Shown here in pieces: positions 21,025 to 33,262 of a DNA stretch of 54,594 nucleotides. Position 1 is the stretch's first letter; every line of letters begins with the position of its first letter. The translations under genes and the position numbers were made by a program. The stretch covers positions 101,052-155,645 of the forward strand of contig NIVC01001044.1 in NCBI GenBank assembly GCA_002269645.1, written 5' to 3'. Under the pieces are notes generated by a model. That model worked only from the letters and a program-made list of their open reading frames with translations. It did not search any database and was not told the origin of the DNA. This stretch comes from Macrostomum lignano. Taxonomy: Eukaryota.

Positions 21025-22830
21025 GGACGAGCGTCCATGACTCGTGGATGAGTGTCCATTACTCCAGGGATATGGGTGTCCATGAATCGGAGATGACAGT
21101 GTCCATATGACTCGTGGATGAGTGTCCATTACTCCAGGGATATGAGTGTCCATAACTCGGAGATGACAGTGTCCATATGACTCGTGGATGAGTGTCCATT
21201 ACTCCAGGGATATGAGTGTCCATAACTCGGAGATGACAGTGTCCATGACTCGTGGATGAGTGTCCATTACTCCAGGGATATGAGTGTCCATAACTCGGAG
21301 ATGACAGTGTCCATGACTCGTGGATGAGTGTCCATTACTCCAGGGATATGAGTGTCCATAACTCGGAGATGACAGTGTCCATATGACTCGTGGATGAGTG
21401 TCCATTACTCCAGGGATATGAGTGTCCATAACTCGGAGATGACAGTGTCCATGACTCGTGGATGAGTGTCCATTACTCGGGATGAGTGTCCATGACTCGG
21501 GATGACAGTGTCCATGACTCGGGATGACAGTGTCCATGACTCGGGATGACAGTGTCCATGACTCGGATGAGTGTCCATGACTCGGGATGACAGTGTCCAT
21601 GACTCGGGATGACAGTGTCCATGACTCGGGATATGACAGTGTCCATGACTCGGATGAGTGTCCATGACTCGGGATGACAGTGTCCATGACTCGGTGATGA
21701 CAGTGTCCATGACTCCAGGGATGACAGTGTCCATGACTCGGTGATGACAGTGTCCATGACTCGGGAATGAGTGTCCATGACTCGGTGATGACAGTGTCCA
21801 TGACTCGGGATGAGTGTCCATGACTCGGTGATGACAGTGTCCATGACTCGGGATGACAGTGTCCATGACTCGGTGATGACAGTGTCCATGACTCGTGGAT
21901 GAGTGTCCATGACTCGGTGATGTGTCCATGACTCGTGGATGAGTGTCCATGACTCGGGATGACAGTGTCCATGACTCGTGGATGAGTGTCCATGACTCGG
22001 GGATGACAGTGTCCATGACTCGTGGATGAGTGTCCATGACTCGGTGATGACAGTGTCCATGACTCGTGGATGAGTGTCCATGACTCGGGATGACAGTGTC
22101 CATGACTCGGATGAGTGTCCATGACTCGGGATGACAGTGTCCATGACTCGGGATGACAGTGTCCATGACTCTGGATGACAGTGTCCATGACTCGGGATGA
22201 CAGTGTCCATGACTCGGGATGACAGTGTCCATGACTCGGGGATGACAGTGTCCATGACTCGGTGATGACAGTGTCCATGACTCGTGGATGAGTGTCCATG
22301 ACTCGGGGATGACAGTGTCCATGACTCGTGGATGAGTGTCCATGACTCGGGGATGACAGTGTCCATGACTCTTGGATGAGTGTCCATGACTCGGGGATGA
22401 CAGTGTCCATGACTCGTGGATGAGTGTCCATGACTCGGGGATGACAGTGTCCATGACTCTTGGATGAGTGTCCATGACTCGGGGATGACAGTGTCCATGA
22501 CTCGGTGATGACAGTGTCCATGACTCGGTGATGACAGTGTCCATGACTCGTGGATGAGTGTCCATGACTCGGGGATGACAGTGTCCATGACTCGGGATGA
22601 CAGTGTCCATGACTCGTGATGACAGTGTCCATGACTCGGATGAGTGTCCATGACTCGGGGATGACAGTGTCCATGACTCGTGGATGAGTGTCCATGACTA
22701 GTGAATGAGTGTTCATGATTCATTATGGACGAGTGTCCATGACTCGGAGATAACAGTGTCCATGGCTCAGGGACGAGTGTCCATGACTCGGAGCTGAGCT
22801 TTTATGACTCGGGATGACAGTTCCCATGAC
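21025..22830. repeat. 1.8-kb compound satellite built on GTGTCCATGACTCG
   Basis: The left part (about 21040-21480) is a roughly 68-70 bp three-monomer higher-order unit. The right part is simple 19-23 bp monomers. Confidence 0.95.
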
Positions 22831-24116
22831 TCCAACGATTTTTATAAAAATTTCCTTTTCTACAGTTCACCGACAAAACCACATTTATTCAATATAAGAC
22901 GCACGGAGGCACGCCCAGACACACTAAGACATTCAAAGACACAGCTAAAACACATTAAATCTGAATACACATGTTTACACGCTAAGACACATATACTGAC
23001 ACATGCTAGGACACACCAAGACACGCTAACACAACACTAAGACACACATTATGAATCCAAACTATGAATCTAAGACTGGATCGGATCAGGCGACCCAGCA
23101 ATTTCATTAACTTCAATTGTCTCAGGCGAACAAATTGTCTTCTTATTCACCATCACACCCTAATCTCTCTCAAGGAGCAGTGCAGCGGATAATCTCTGAG
23201 CTTTAATGACTTTCCAATGACCTTGCGAGACGCTGATTATCAGTTATGATTTATGAGCAGGATCACGAACTGAGACACATTTGCGTCATTAGCGAACTAA
23301 TGAGCGAGTCCGTGGAGACTGCAATGCAAATAGAATTTGAACTTTATTCAAATTTTGCAATAATTTTTCCATGAAAAGAGCGTTCCTATCCAGAAAGTTT
23401 TAATTTAAGGAAATTGGAACTAATTAGGGTACAATAAATTTGGGCATTGCAAATGTCAGCCCTAAAAAATCTTTTTGAAAGCAAAAGAATGCATCGAAAT
23501 CAGGTGGCTTTCATAGCTGGCATCGGTTCAATCATAATTGATAGATTGGCTCTCCAGAAATGGTGTATTTTCAACTGGCCACAATAACTGACTGCACAGA
23601 GCTGGCTGGCGGCACTCGAGTCAAAAACCTCAATCAATCAATAAATCAAGAAAATTTATATGCATTTAGAAAAGTGATGAAAATATAAATATGAATATAA
23701 CGCGTATTATATAATCACTATCTAGCATAAATTCGATATTGAATAGTGAACGAGTTCGGTTTCATGTTCTCGGGCTGAAAAATTTGTTTAACTGAGAACG
23801 ACGTTCGACTGGATAATTTAAAATCAGTCTATGGGCCATTCTCTGACGCTACTGAAACGCATTAAATATGCACTGGCTATTTATTTGTATATAACTGAAT
23901 ATTAGAAAGCTTTCCTCATATCAAAAACGATTTTATAAAAAAAAACAGCCATCAAGAGCAGACAGACGGACAGTTTCAGAACGAAAAGCAGCAGAGACAA
24001 AAGGCAAACAAAAATGAGTCTGAAGAAAACCAGAGACTGAGAGGTACCCCATTGTCCAAGCGAGATTTCTATTTTAGAGATTGCGGGAAATTCGAAGTGT
24101 TTGCCGAAGCGATCAA

Positions 24117-25927
24117 TCAGGCCCCGGTGGTGGTGGCGGTCTCCTTAGTCTTAGTGTAGGTCTTGCCGTCCTGCATCCGGTAGGTCTCGGTGATGCTGAC
24201 AATTTTTTTGGCGCCAACCGTCTTGGTGACTGTCTGAGTCTCAATCAGCAGGTCGGCCGGGTCGTCCGGCCCGATGACCGGCTCCACCCGCGGGCTGGCG
24301 GTCGAGGCGATCTTGGCTACAGAAGGCGTTGAAGAGGATTCGCGTGATGCATCATTGGCGTCAGCAAGGATTTGGGATTCGTGATTTTGGATTTCGAATT
24401 TCTCGAGATTTGAGAACCCGGGCTTGAGAATGATTCATGATTTGGGATTTGGGATTTGGGATCCCGAAATCTCATTGGGACTTCGAGCTTGAAAAGGGGG
24501 ATTCATGACTTGGGATTTGGGATCCCGAAATCTCATTGGGACTTCGGGCTTGGGTATGGGGGATTCATGACTTGGGATTTGGGATCCCGAAATCTCATCG
24601 GGACTTTGGGATTGGGAATGGGGAATTCATGAAATTGCGTTTCTCACAAGTCACCAATCAACATTCCAAGATACATACTGGAATCGGCTGACGGGCGCAG
24701 CACCTTGCCGTCCGGCGGGGGCAGGACGTTCCGCGTGAACTCGCCAGTGTAGTTGCCGGCGGGTCGGTAGCGCCCAACTACGTAGACCTTGTTGGTCTTG
24801 GAGACTGCGCGGCCGAATCCAGCCTCTTTGGAGGCCTTCCAAACCACCTGGGTGAAGTGGCCTGTTATTGCGGCGGGTGGGTTGTGTAAAGAATAGATTT
24901 ATAACAGGGAACTTACTAAAGTACCGCAAGGTATGGACCGAACAACAAGCTTTAAATTAATGTGGCCGGCTTAACCACTCAGCTACTCTACCCCCAGACC
25001 ACTGGTAGCAATGGTACTTGAGCTGTGAACCATAATACTAATGCATTTTGAAAATAATTTGAGCCTTCAAATTAGAGTTTCCGTACTTTTTAAGTCAATT
25101 CCTACTTATAGTAGCCAACGATGCATCAGTAGCTTAGAATAAAAATGGCTGCACACGGCAAGCATGCTCACCGTGCTCAATTTGATCCTCGGTTCCGTCG
25201 AACTTGTACTCGGCAGCTTCGCTGTACCATGAGTCAACGAATGACGTGCCTGTGTTGGGTTCGTGAGTGAGTTCGCAGGTGGGATGAAGCTTTTTATATT
25301 TCTGCTTATCTGCTAACGACTTTTTAATTATTTAATAATAAAACTGAGTAATTAAACAAACTGGTCTGACACTAAAGTGGGTGCTGCCCTGACCCTGACT
25401 GACTAAAGTGGGTGCTGCCTGACTGACACTAAAGTGGGTGCTGCTCTGACTGACACTAAAGTGGGTGCTGCTCTGACTGACACTAAAGTGGGTGCTGCTC
25501 TGACTGACACTAAAGTGGGTGCTGCTCTGACTGACACTAAAGTGGGTGCTGCTCTGACTGACACTAAAGTGGGTGCTGCTCTGACTGACACTGGAGCGGG
25601 TGCTCGAACCTACCGGGAAAGTTGGTATGCGCGGAGCTGTACTTCATGGCGACATTCTCGCCCACCATGTTGCCCTGGCATTCGGGGTCGTGGTCGAGGC
25701 GGTCCCTGGCCGCGATCTCCTCGGCCCATTTCTGAGCGCCTTTGGTGAGCTCGGGACTGTAGGCCAGCGCCGGGGTCTGATGATGCGCGCGGAACCTGTT
25801 GTGCGCGTCCAGCATCTCCTTGACGAAGGGGTCGGCGATGGCGGCCGACGAGTCGCCGGCTTCGTCTGCGGCGTCTTTCGGTTTGTTGGAGTTCGAGGAT
25901 TTGTCCGCGTTGCCGCGTCGTTTCAGC
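24117..25927 (-). CDS. CAP/SCP/TAPS protein A (GAPR-1/VAL group 2-like) with a Thr-rich C-terminal tail; first exon not located
   Basis: Exons about 25927-25614, 25249-25172, 24861-24679 and 24316-24117, joined in phase. Motifs LDAHNRFRAHH, AQKWAE, LDH, GENVA, WYSE, GHFTQVVWK, YVVGRYRPAGN. The tail ETQTVTKTVGAKKIVSITETYRMQDGKTYTKTKET ends at TGA 24117-24119. Confidence 0.88.
24365..24640. repeat. Degenerate roughly 55-bp intronic repeat
   Basis: Recurrent GGGATTTGGGATCCCGAAATCTCATTGGGACTT and GGGGATTCATGA. Confidence 0.75.
25364..25591. repeat. 27-bp intronic minisatellite, about 8 copies
   Basis: Unit GACACTAAAGTGGGTGCTGCTCTGACT. Confidence 0.93.
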
Positions 25928-25974
25928 CTGTTGTTGTTGGGGCGAATTCGCAGGGTAAATTGTGCGTTGGAGTG

Positions 25975-26092
25975 GAGTTCGTGAACTGCGGGGGAATTCG
26001 TGAACTGCGGGGGAATTCGTGAACTGCGGGGGAATTCGTGAACTGCGGGGGAATTCGTGAGCTCTGGGGAATTCGTGAACTGCGGGGGGGAA
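25975..26092. repeat. 20-bp minisatellite, about 5-6 copies
   Basis: Unit GGGAATTCGTGAACTGCGGG. Confidence 0.9.
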
Positions 26093-28266
26093 TCCGTGTA
26101 ATTTAGGAAGGAGGAAATTCATGTACAGCAGGGGGATTTCGTGCGTTGCGAGTGTATTGCGGGAAACCAAAATATGGTATGCATATGTATTGCTAAATTG
26201 CTTCAAGTTTACTATGTGTGGCGAACGTATATATGCATATATTATATTATAATATATATTGAAGTTCGTTTTCCTGTTGATTTCCTGTTTTCTGCACGCA
26301 CTCGCAAAGTCCAGAAAGATAAAGAGAGGCGTAGAAGAGAGTCCTGTCTGGTCCGGGTCTCGGTCTAGACTCCTGTGGAGAGCATCTGTTTAAATTTAGC
26401 ACAAAAAGGCCAATATCATAAAATTCATAATCATAAATCAACTTTATACATACACAGTAATCCCCAACTAAACTTTAGGGCTAAGCTTCCAGTCCTAACA
26501 GTTGAATTGATTACTTGCCCTAACAAAAGTAATTAATGTGGCTTATGTGAATCCAGAGAGTTAAAAACGAGCTTCCTGTATGAAAGAATGCACGATTGCA
26601 CAGTTAAAGACAAACAGAGCAAGCTAATAAGACTAAAAGAAATGGTAAAAAATCTCTTACTTGATTCCACAGCACAGCATGGTTTAATTTGGAACGGTTA
26701 TTGGTATTGAATTTAACTTCTGGTTTGGCTATTTAATGTTCTTAACTTTCTTTCAGCGCTAAATTGCGGCTTCAATTTAAACTTCCGATGAGAGGAGTTG
26801 GCGGGACTCGTGTCTGCCTGTTTAAGATAAGGCTTGCTATAAAACAGAGCGGCCAATACCAACAATGCCAGTTGATCCTGCGAGAGGCCAGCGCGCGCGG
26901 AGAGCAATGGGAAGAGCAATTTAATTTGAAGTCGCCCGCCACACACACCCACCCCCCTCCGCTTTATAGACCAACCACCTCAACCTCCAAACCCCGCTGT
27001 GACGACCCACCTCCTCTTCCTCCTTATTCTAGCATACATGTACATTCCCGCCGTGTGGCCAATTTTGACTTCACAATAAAAGTCTCAAAAGCGCGGTGGT
27101 CCATGCATGTACGCACACTCCAGCGTGCTGCCCCCACCACCCCAAATCCGCGCCCCCGTTCACTACTATCTAATCTATCGTAAAAAGGCTCCCACTACTG
27201 GACTACTGAACTATCTAAATTCTAAACTATGGACTTATGGCTTGCCCTCTAGCCCTGCTATGCCAGACCAGACCAGACCAGACACAACACAATCAATTGG
27301 CGAGAGAGATCCACGTAGAGTCAAGGGAGAAGGGGTAGAAACAAGTCCATGAAGTTAGAGGGCCGATGCCGGTCCTGAATTCACAATATACGAGTATAAT
27401 AATCGCGTGGATATCATGGCATGGCTATTGAAGTTTTGTCCAATTGTCTTCGGTCTTTGGCCCAATGGTAGGTACCAAGTAGACTCCTTTTATTCGCTGT
27501 TATTGTCTTGAAATTACTTTTCAATAGCTTAAGCACCAACTAACTACACTGCTTAATTCTACAACATTCAGTTTTCCAACATAGATCGATCGATAATGCT
27601 TCGGCACATAAAAATTGCACAGTTTGCTGCCCCTCAAGGCAACTTAAGATTTGAGTTAGCTAGGAGTAAATCCAGGCCTGTGGCTTACCGGAGGATTTGG
27701 CATTCTGAATTGCTACTCCTAATTGTACTTCCAAATACAGGAAAGACGGGAAGGCTGAAAAGCGCGCAAAAAATGGTAAACTTTGGCATGCGCGTGCACT
27801 GGCGCTGTCAATGTTTGGCAAAAGCTCGCAGGTAAATGAAAGCAGCCAAAAGTCAACAGTGCTCATCATCAAAAGTGTTCAACTATTCCATTCCCTGAAA
27901 CATTCCCTAATACGATGCCGATGGCCGACACAGCTGGCCAGCGTCTCTGGGTCGAACAGCTCGCCATCAAAGGAGGCCATTATTTGCGTAATCGCTTTTG
28001 CGTCGTCGCTTTGTACACCAGTAGTGATTTAATAGCTCATTTGATGGCGTGAACAAGCCCGAAGCGTTTGTGACTCGGGATGTCATACTCAAACCAACAG
28101 TGGATCTAATTCCTGCCGGACCTTGTCAAAAGTTTGCGCCTCTGACAGAATGTTAAAAGTGCAGTGCTTTTGGCTGTGCGCGGTTGCGCCTGTGCGCTCA
28201 GGGCATGACAGCAACCCCCCCATATACTCGTAGACAGCGGGCCGAGTACTAACGTAAATGTTAGAC

Positions 28267-29005
28267 CAGGGGTCGACAATGTTTTACCTCGAGGGCCAGA
28301 TAGGGAATTCAGCTCTTGTCTGCGGGCCAGATGAGAGTGGAAAGGAAAAGTGAATGGAAGACTATAAAGATGAGAGAAGAGAGGAGAGGCGGGGAATGGG
28401 ATGAGAGAAAAGATGTAAGAGGAGAGAAGAGGAGAGGGTAGATGGAAGAGGAAAAGAGAGAGGAGAGGGGAGAAAAAAGACAGAGAGAAGAGAGGGGAGA
28501 GAATAAGAGAAGGGAGAGGGGAGAAGAAGAGAAGGGAAAGGGGAGAGAATAAGAGAAGGGAGAGGGGAGAAGAAGAAAAGGGAAAGGGGAGAGAATAAGA
28601 GAAGGGAGAGAGGAGAAGAAGAGAAGGGAGAGGGGAGAGAATAAGAGAAGGGAGAGAGGAGAAGAAGAGAAGGGAGAGGGGAGAGAATAAGAGAAGGGAG
28701 AGAGGAGAAGAAGAGAAGGGAGAGGGGAGAGAATAAGAGAAGGGAGAGGGGAGAAGAAGAGAGGGGAGAGGGGAGAGAATAAGAGAAGGGAGAGGGGAGA
28801 AGAAGAGAAGGGAGAGGGGAGAGAAGAAGAGAAGGGAGAGGGGAGAAGAAGAGAAGGGAGAGGGGAGAGAATAAGAGAAGGGAGAGGGGAGAAGAAGAGA
28901 AGGGAGAGGGGAGAGAATAAGAGAAAGGAGAGGGGAGAAGAAGAGAAGGGAGAGGGGAGAGAAGAAGAGAAGGGAGAGGGGAGAGAAGAGATAGAGAAGA
29001 GAAAG
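28267..29005 (+). mobile_element. hAT-like non-autonomous element end followed by a GA-rich compound repeat
   Basis: Begins CAGGGGTCGACAA...GGGCCAGAT, resembling hAT/Charlie-type termini. About 650 bp of GAGAAGGGAGAGGGGAGA(A/G)-type units follow. A related inverted copy lies at about 49625-49945. The second terminus was not found. Confidence 0.55.
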
Positions 29006-29489
29006 AGCTGATCAGAACCACAAACCTTAAGCGGGCATTGCCATTGGGAAGTTTCAAAGGAAGTGTTTTGCTTGGATATTTTTCTTGACTGAAACTATGT
29101 TGTTTTTTTAACGGTTCTACTCCTACATACAGGAAGATACTCAAATATTGATCTCAACGCAATTAAAAGCTGCAAGTCTACTGATAGTAGCTTTAAGGTA
29201 TATGTAGGTCTATCCACAATCAGAGTGTAAATAACGAATTGCTTTACAATGCTCAATTGCAGAGCAGTTTTATAGAGACAGAAGAATACCTGTGCAGAAG
29301 TACGACAATCAGGTCTGGAATAAACCTTCCGAAAAACGGATTCGTCCAATAGAAGATGCTCTTTTTGCAGAAAAATTTAATAGACAGAAAAGCGAGCGAC
29401 ATAAAAACGCTATCCAAGGGATGTTAAAATTTTTAAGCGTCAAGGTATTTGTAAAGTGATTTTCTACTTCAGACATGGGCGACCATTTA

Positions 29490-31559
29490 TTAGCCTACAG
29501 GCGGCAGCACGTTGGTCTCGTACTCGCGAGATACTCGGCCAGGTGGGCGGTACCGGGCCACGACGAATACCCGTCCCGATGCCGAGAAAGCGCGACCGAA
29601 TCCAACTAGCTGGCTGCTTTTCCATATGAGCTGCTCGAAGTTCGCTGCGTAGGTTTGTGATAGGAATTTTGCATTTTGTACCACTGCTTTTGGGTGGTTC
29701 GGAGTTGAAGTTTGTGTACTCTGGCTTCAATGGGGTTGGATTGGATTAAGTTGAGGGTTGGGTTGGGTTGGGTTGGGTTGGGTTGGGTTGGGTTAGGTTG
29801 CATTGAGTTGAGTTGGGTTGGATTGAATTGGGTTGGATTGGATTGAGTTGAGGGTTGGATTGCGTTGAGTTGGGTTGGGTTAAGCTGGGTTGGGTTGGGT
29901 TGCGTTGAGTTTGGTTGGGTTGCGTTGAATTGAGTTGGATTGGGTTGGATTGTGTTGAAATGGATTGGTTGATTGTGTGGGCAAGTGAGAATATAAAGTC
30001 AATCTGTTCAATTAGAGACACTTTCTCGCAAATTTAAAGCGTATAATTTATTGATGAATCATCTTACCTGTAGTTTTGGGATCATTAATGCTGATCTGTG
30101 CTAAAATTTTGCAAAAAACGCTTGATGAAGCATTGATAAAGTCACAAGAAAAGTACACTATAATTAGCAAAATATTTGTCAGAAAACTGTTTTTGAGCCT
30201 CACGATTTTTTTGTCCATGGTAGTCATAATGCTGGCACTGCTTGTACCAACCGTTAACGAAGAACTCGCCTGAAAAAATGCGTGTATTTGAGCGCATTGA
30301 TAGATCAAATGCATAGTTTCCGAAATTCACAAGGTAGTAGCGATAAAAAATAGTCCTTACCATTAACTTCATTGGATCCTTCTGGCAGCTCAACGCAGCC
30401 CCAGTTGACGCCATCTAGCTCCTGGTGCTCCAGCAGCTGAAGATCACGCTGAGCGATGTACTCTGCCCAGGTCTGGGCGCGCAGCCTCAACTCCGGGCAG
30501 GGCTTCAACGGCGGCGTGTTGTGACGCGCTCGGTAATAATTGTGCGCCTCTAGCATTTGCTGTTCGAACGGGCTCAGCTGCCTCCCATGGGACTCATCAA
30601 CAGGTGGAATTGCAGGCATCAGCATCCGTTTGTACGGTCTGAACTGCTGCTTGGGTCTGGAAGTCAGCTTCTGCCGTCCCTGCTTGATTCTTTGCTCGTA
30701 GACTGTCAGCAGTAACTGCAGGAGTTCTTCATTTTGCTCCCTTTCCGACGGCATTTCAAGATCTTGTTCCAGCTTCGAGTCAAGAGCTTCATTTGTTTCA
30801 TGAGAGCTCAGCTCCTCCACGGTATCCTCAACCATTTTCTCCTCTACGAATTTTTCTAGATCCTCTTCTGTCAGCAACTCAGGGACACATGTTTCGGTCT
30901 CTTGACTTTGCTCCGTCTCGGGCCGCTGCTTCAGCACCTCCTGGAACAAGTCTAAGAGGTCCTGTCCGGGTTGTTCGTCAAAGTCAATCGTTAGCCTCAG
31001 ATTCAAGCCATTCTCACTGCCGAAATCGTACTCGCAGGGCTGATAGAGCCTCGAGTAGCTGTCCTCTGTGAGTAGTACCGTCTCCTGCATGTTCCTCAGA
31101 TCAGAAACCGACAGCAGCTCCATTTCGTTCCTTAGGTCGACCGACATGTCCAACTCTTCAAGCTTCGAACAATCATCGTAAGTCTCGCCGTGAACTGACT
31201 GGGAATCCGCCACATCCACGTGATCATTCTTATGATAATAAAATGACTCTTCAACGTGGTCCGAATTGTTGGACGAAGCCACCATCGACCTCATGAGCGC
31301 CATCCGTTCCATGTCGACGGTACGGTCACACATCGGCTGCTTGATGATCACGCTATCGTCGACATCCCGTGCGTTAACTGAGCAATCTCTGCTTTTGTTG
31401 TTATTATCGTCTTTAGATTGGACAAATGCGAGGCCTGATGTGGACGTTGAGGTTGCCTCGATATCAGGTGACTTCTCACTTTTAGAGTCGATCGCCGCTT
31501 GGTGTCGCCATGGGCAGCTGGGGTTGAGATGAGGTTACGAATTTCTGGCAATCAGACAT
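29490..31559 (-). CDS. CAP/SCP protein B with a long acidic N-terminal extension and degenerate CAP tetrad
   Basis: Large exon ending at 30361 (LEAHNYYRARHNTPPL...AQTWAE), then exons 30269-30204, 30100-30068 (33 nt) and 29644-29490 (NFEQLIWKSS...FVVARYRPPG...NVLPP), all phase 1. The start is uncertain: ATG 31333, or ATG 31559 if one extra base at 31499-31500 is removed. Confidence 0.8.
29733..29965. repeat. (GGGTT)n / (TTGAG)n pentamer microsatellite in CAP-B intron
   Basis: Perfect GGGTT run at about 29755-29792 flanked by degenerate pentamers. Confidence 0.9.
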
Positions 31560-33262
31560 TCTGTGCTTTCACGCATATGCAGCATTTAGAAACTACCCAT
31601 TTACTTACTTGTACTGCTACGAGCTGCCTAGGCTTGGAAAAGCCCAATCCATCCATGAGCTATACTAAAGATGATTGTCTCAACCAATTTTTAAGAAATT
31701 TTCATCGTTAGATCAGAAATTTTTCGGTAACTGTGCATATGTCTGGGCTAAGAAATTGCTCAATGCTAAGGGGATTGTATTCGTAAAACTCTTCATGTCT
31801 ACCGTAAAAGACACATGGGGAATTGCTCAGATGTCAAAGCTCATGTGAAGAATTGTTGAGAACTTGAGATGCCAGAGCTCAGGGTTGGAAGCTAAAACGC
31901 TGTGGCTCATTGGGGGCTGCTGAGATGCCAAGGGTCAATTGGGAGTTGTTGGAAGGTCAAGCATGAAAGGGAGAGGAAAAGTCAGGGTTAAGACATGGCT
32001 AAAAGGAGGCTCTGATACCAAAGCCCAAAAGGGAGACTGAAATCTTAGGCTAGATAGCTAGCTGCTTTTCTTTCAGCATAAATTTTCCCTCCAGAAACTA
32101 ACATGCAGTTTATTCATGAAAATTTATTCCTTTCTCTCTTGCCTCCCCAACGCGGGGACGCAGATTGCTAGTAAATTCTAACAAGCGAGGAAAAACTTAC
32201 CAAAACGAACAGCACGACATTTTCGAGCGCAGTCACCGGCCGTTTTTATCAATCTAGTATTACTCGCACCAAAACAATTTCCACTAGGCATGCAGACATT
32301 GATATGAATAAAAATGTGTTAATAAGCCTTTGTGTACAAGTAGACAACCTTTCTGCGTGCATTTCTGTGATTGGCTGAATTTGGGCCGAGAGTTCATCAA
32401 GACGTTGCTGGGGTTAAACGGCTCGCACCTGCCGCCTTAACCGCCATGTACAAAGTATGTGTACGCATTGATTGGTGAATTTAATTGGCTAGATTTCTAT
32501 GTACATTGATGTGCTAAAATGGCGCAAGAACATGTACGGCTCGTAAATTTCACAAAAGTGAAAGCCAGCTCCTTATCCAATTTTGCCATCGAATCACGCG
32601 ACCAATGTACAGTGATTATACGAAGAATGATCCACTAGCCAAGTAGAGTACAGTCTAATGCACGACTTAGCCATTGATAGTTAGCTGGTTTATTTTATTT
32701 TCAAGTTTTCATATTCTCACGCTTCATGGGGCCTTTTCATATTGCTAGTTCTGGTTCCAGAACCAGAACCAATTTGTGAAGTATAACTTTTTGTCTCCAT
32801 AACTAGAGGGAGATACGTGCTATAAAGTTTTTATTATTGAAAGACAATCGCCAAGAAGAAAGTGAAAAATTGTGCTGAGGTTGTTAAGGCAGTCAAACAT
32901 TCAACAGAATTAAATAGTTATACTGCTGTTTTTCTTGGAAGATCCGAACCGATTCTGATTCTGGAATTGGTAATATGAAAAGCCTCATGATAGGGTCTGT
33001 AAATGCTTTTACTTTCACACATTAGAATACTTGATTCGACTAATTAAGATACAATTTAAAACTTGATTATAAAGAGGAAATCTTTCAGATATCGATTATA
33101 TAGTCGATATAAATATTATAAAATACGAGTGTATGTTGTCTGCAGTTTATTTTTTGGGCTAAAATCATCAAAATAGACATTGGTCATAAAAGAAAAAAAT
33201 CGACATAAAATGTATGCGGCTTTTTAGAATGAAGATGACATCATAGTTTTGATTACGTCATT

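Noticed and set aside
21199-22723. Long ORFs of 401-505 aa (SHGH/VMDT repeats)
   Set aside because: They are translations of a stop-poor satellite in all three frames, with no splice or domain support.
24917-24949. A 33-nt in-frame candidate micro-exon in CAP-A (taaag|CTTG...TTTA|gtaagt) at the position homologous to those in B and C
   Set aside because: A already has the canonical 12-residue spacing before GHF without it. Inclusion would change GHFT to SHFT and add an unrelated peptide (ACCSVHTLRYF), and the acceptor is weak. It merits only a junction-read check.
28362-29144. Leu/Ser/Pro-rich 260-aa ORF (also 49642-49944 and 49660-49896)
   Set aside because: It is the translation of GA/CT-rich simple repeats.
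29733-29965. Interstitial telomere
   Set aside because: The unit is the pentamer GGGTT, not the TTAGGG expected for flatworms and most metazoans, and it degenerates into other pentamers.
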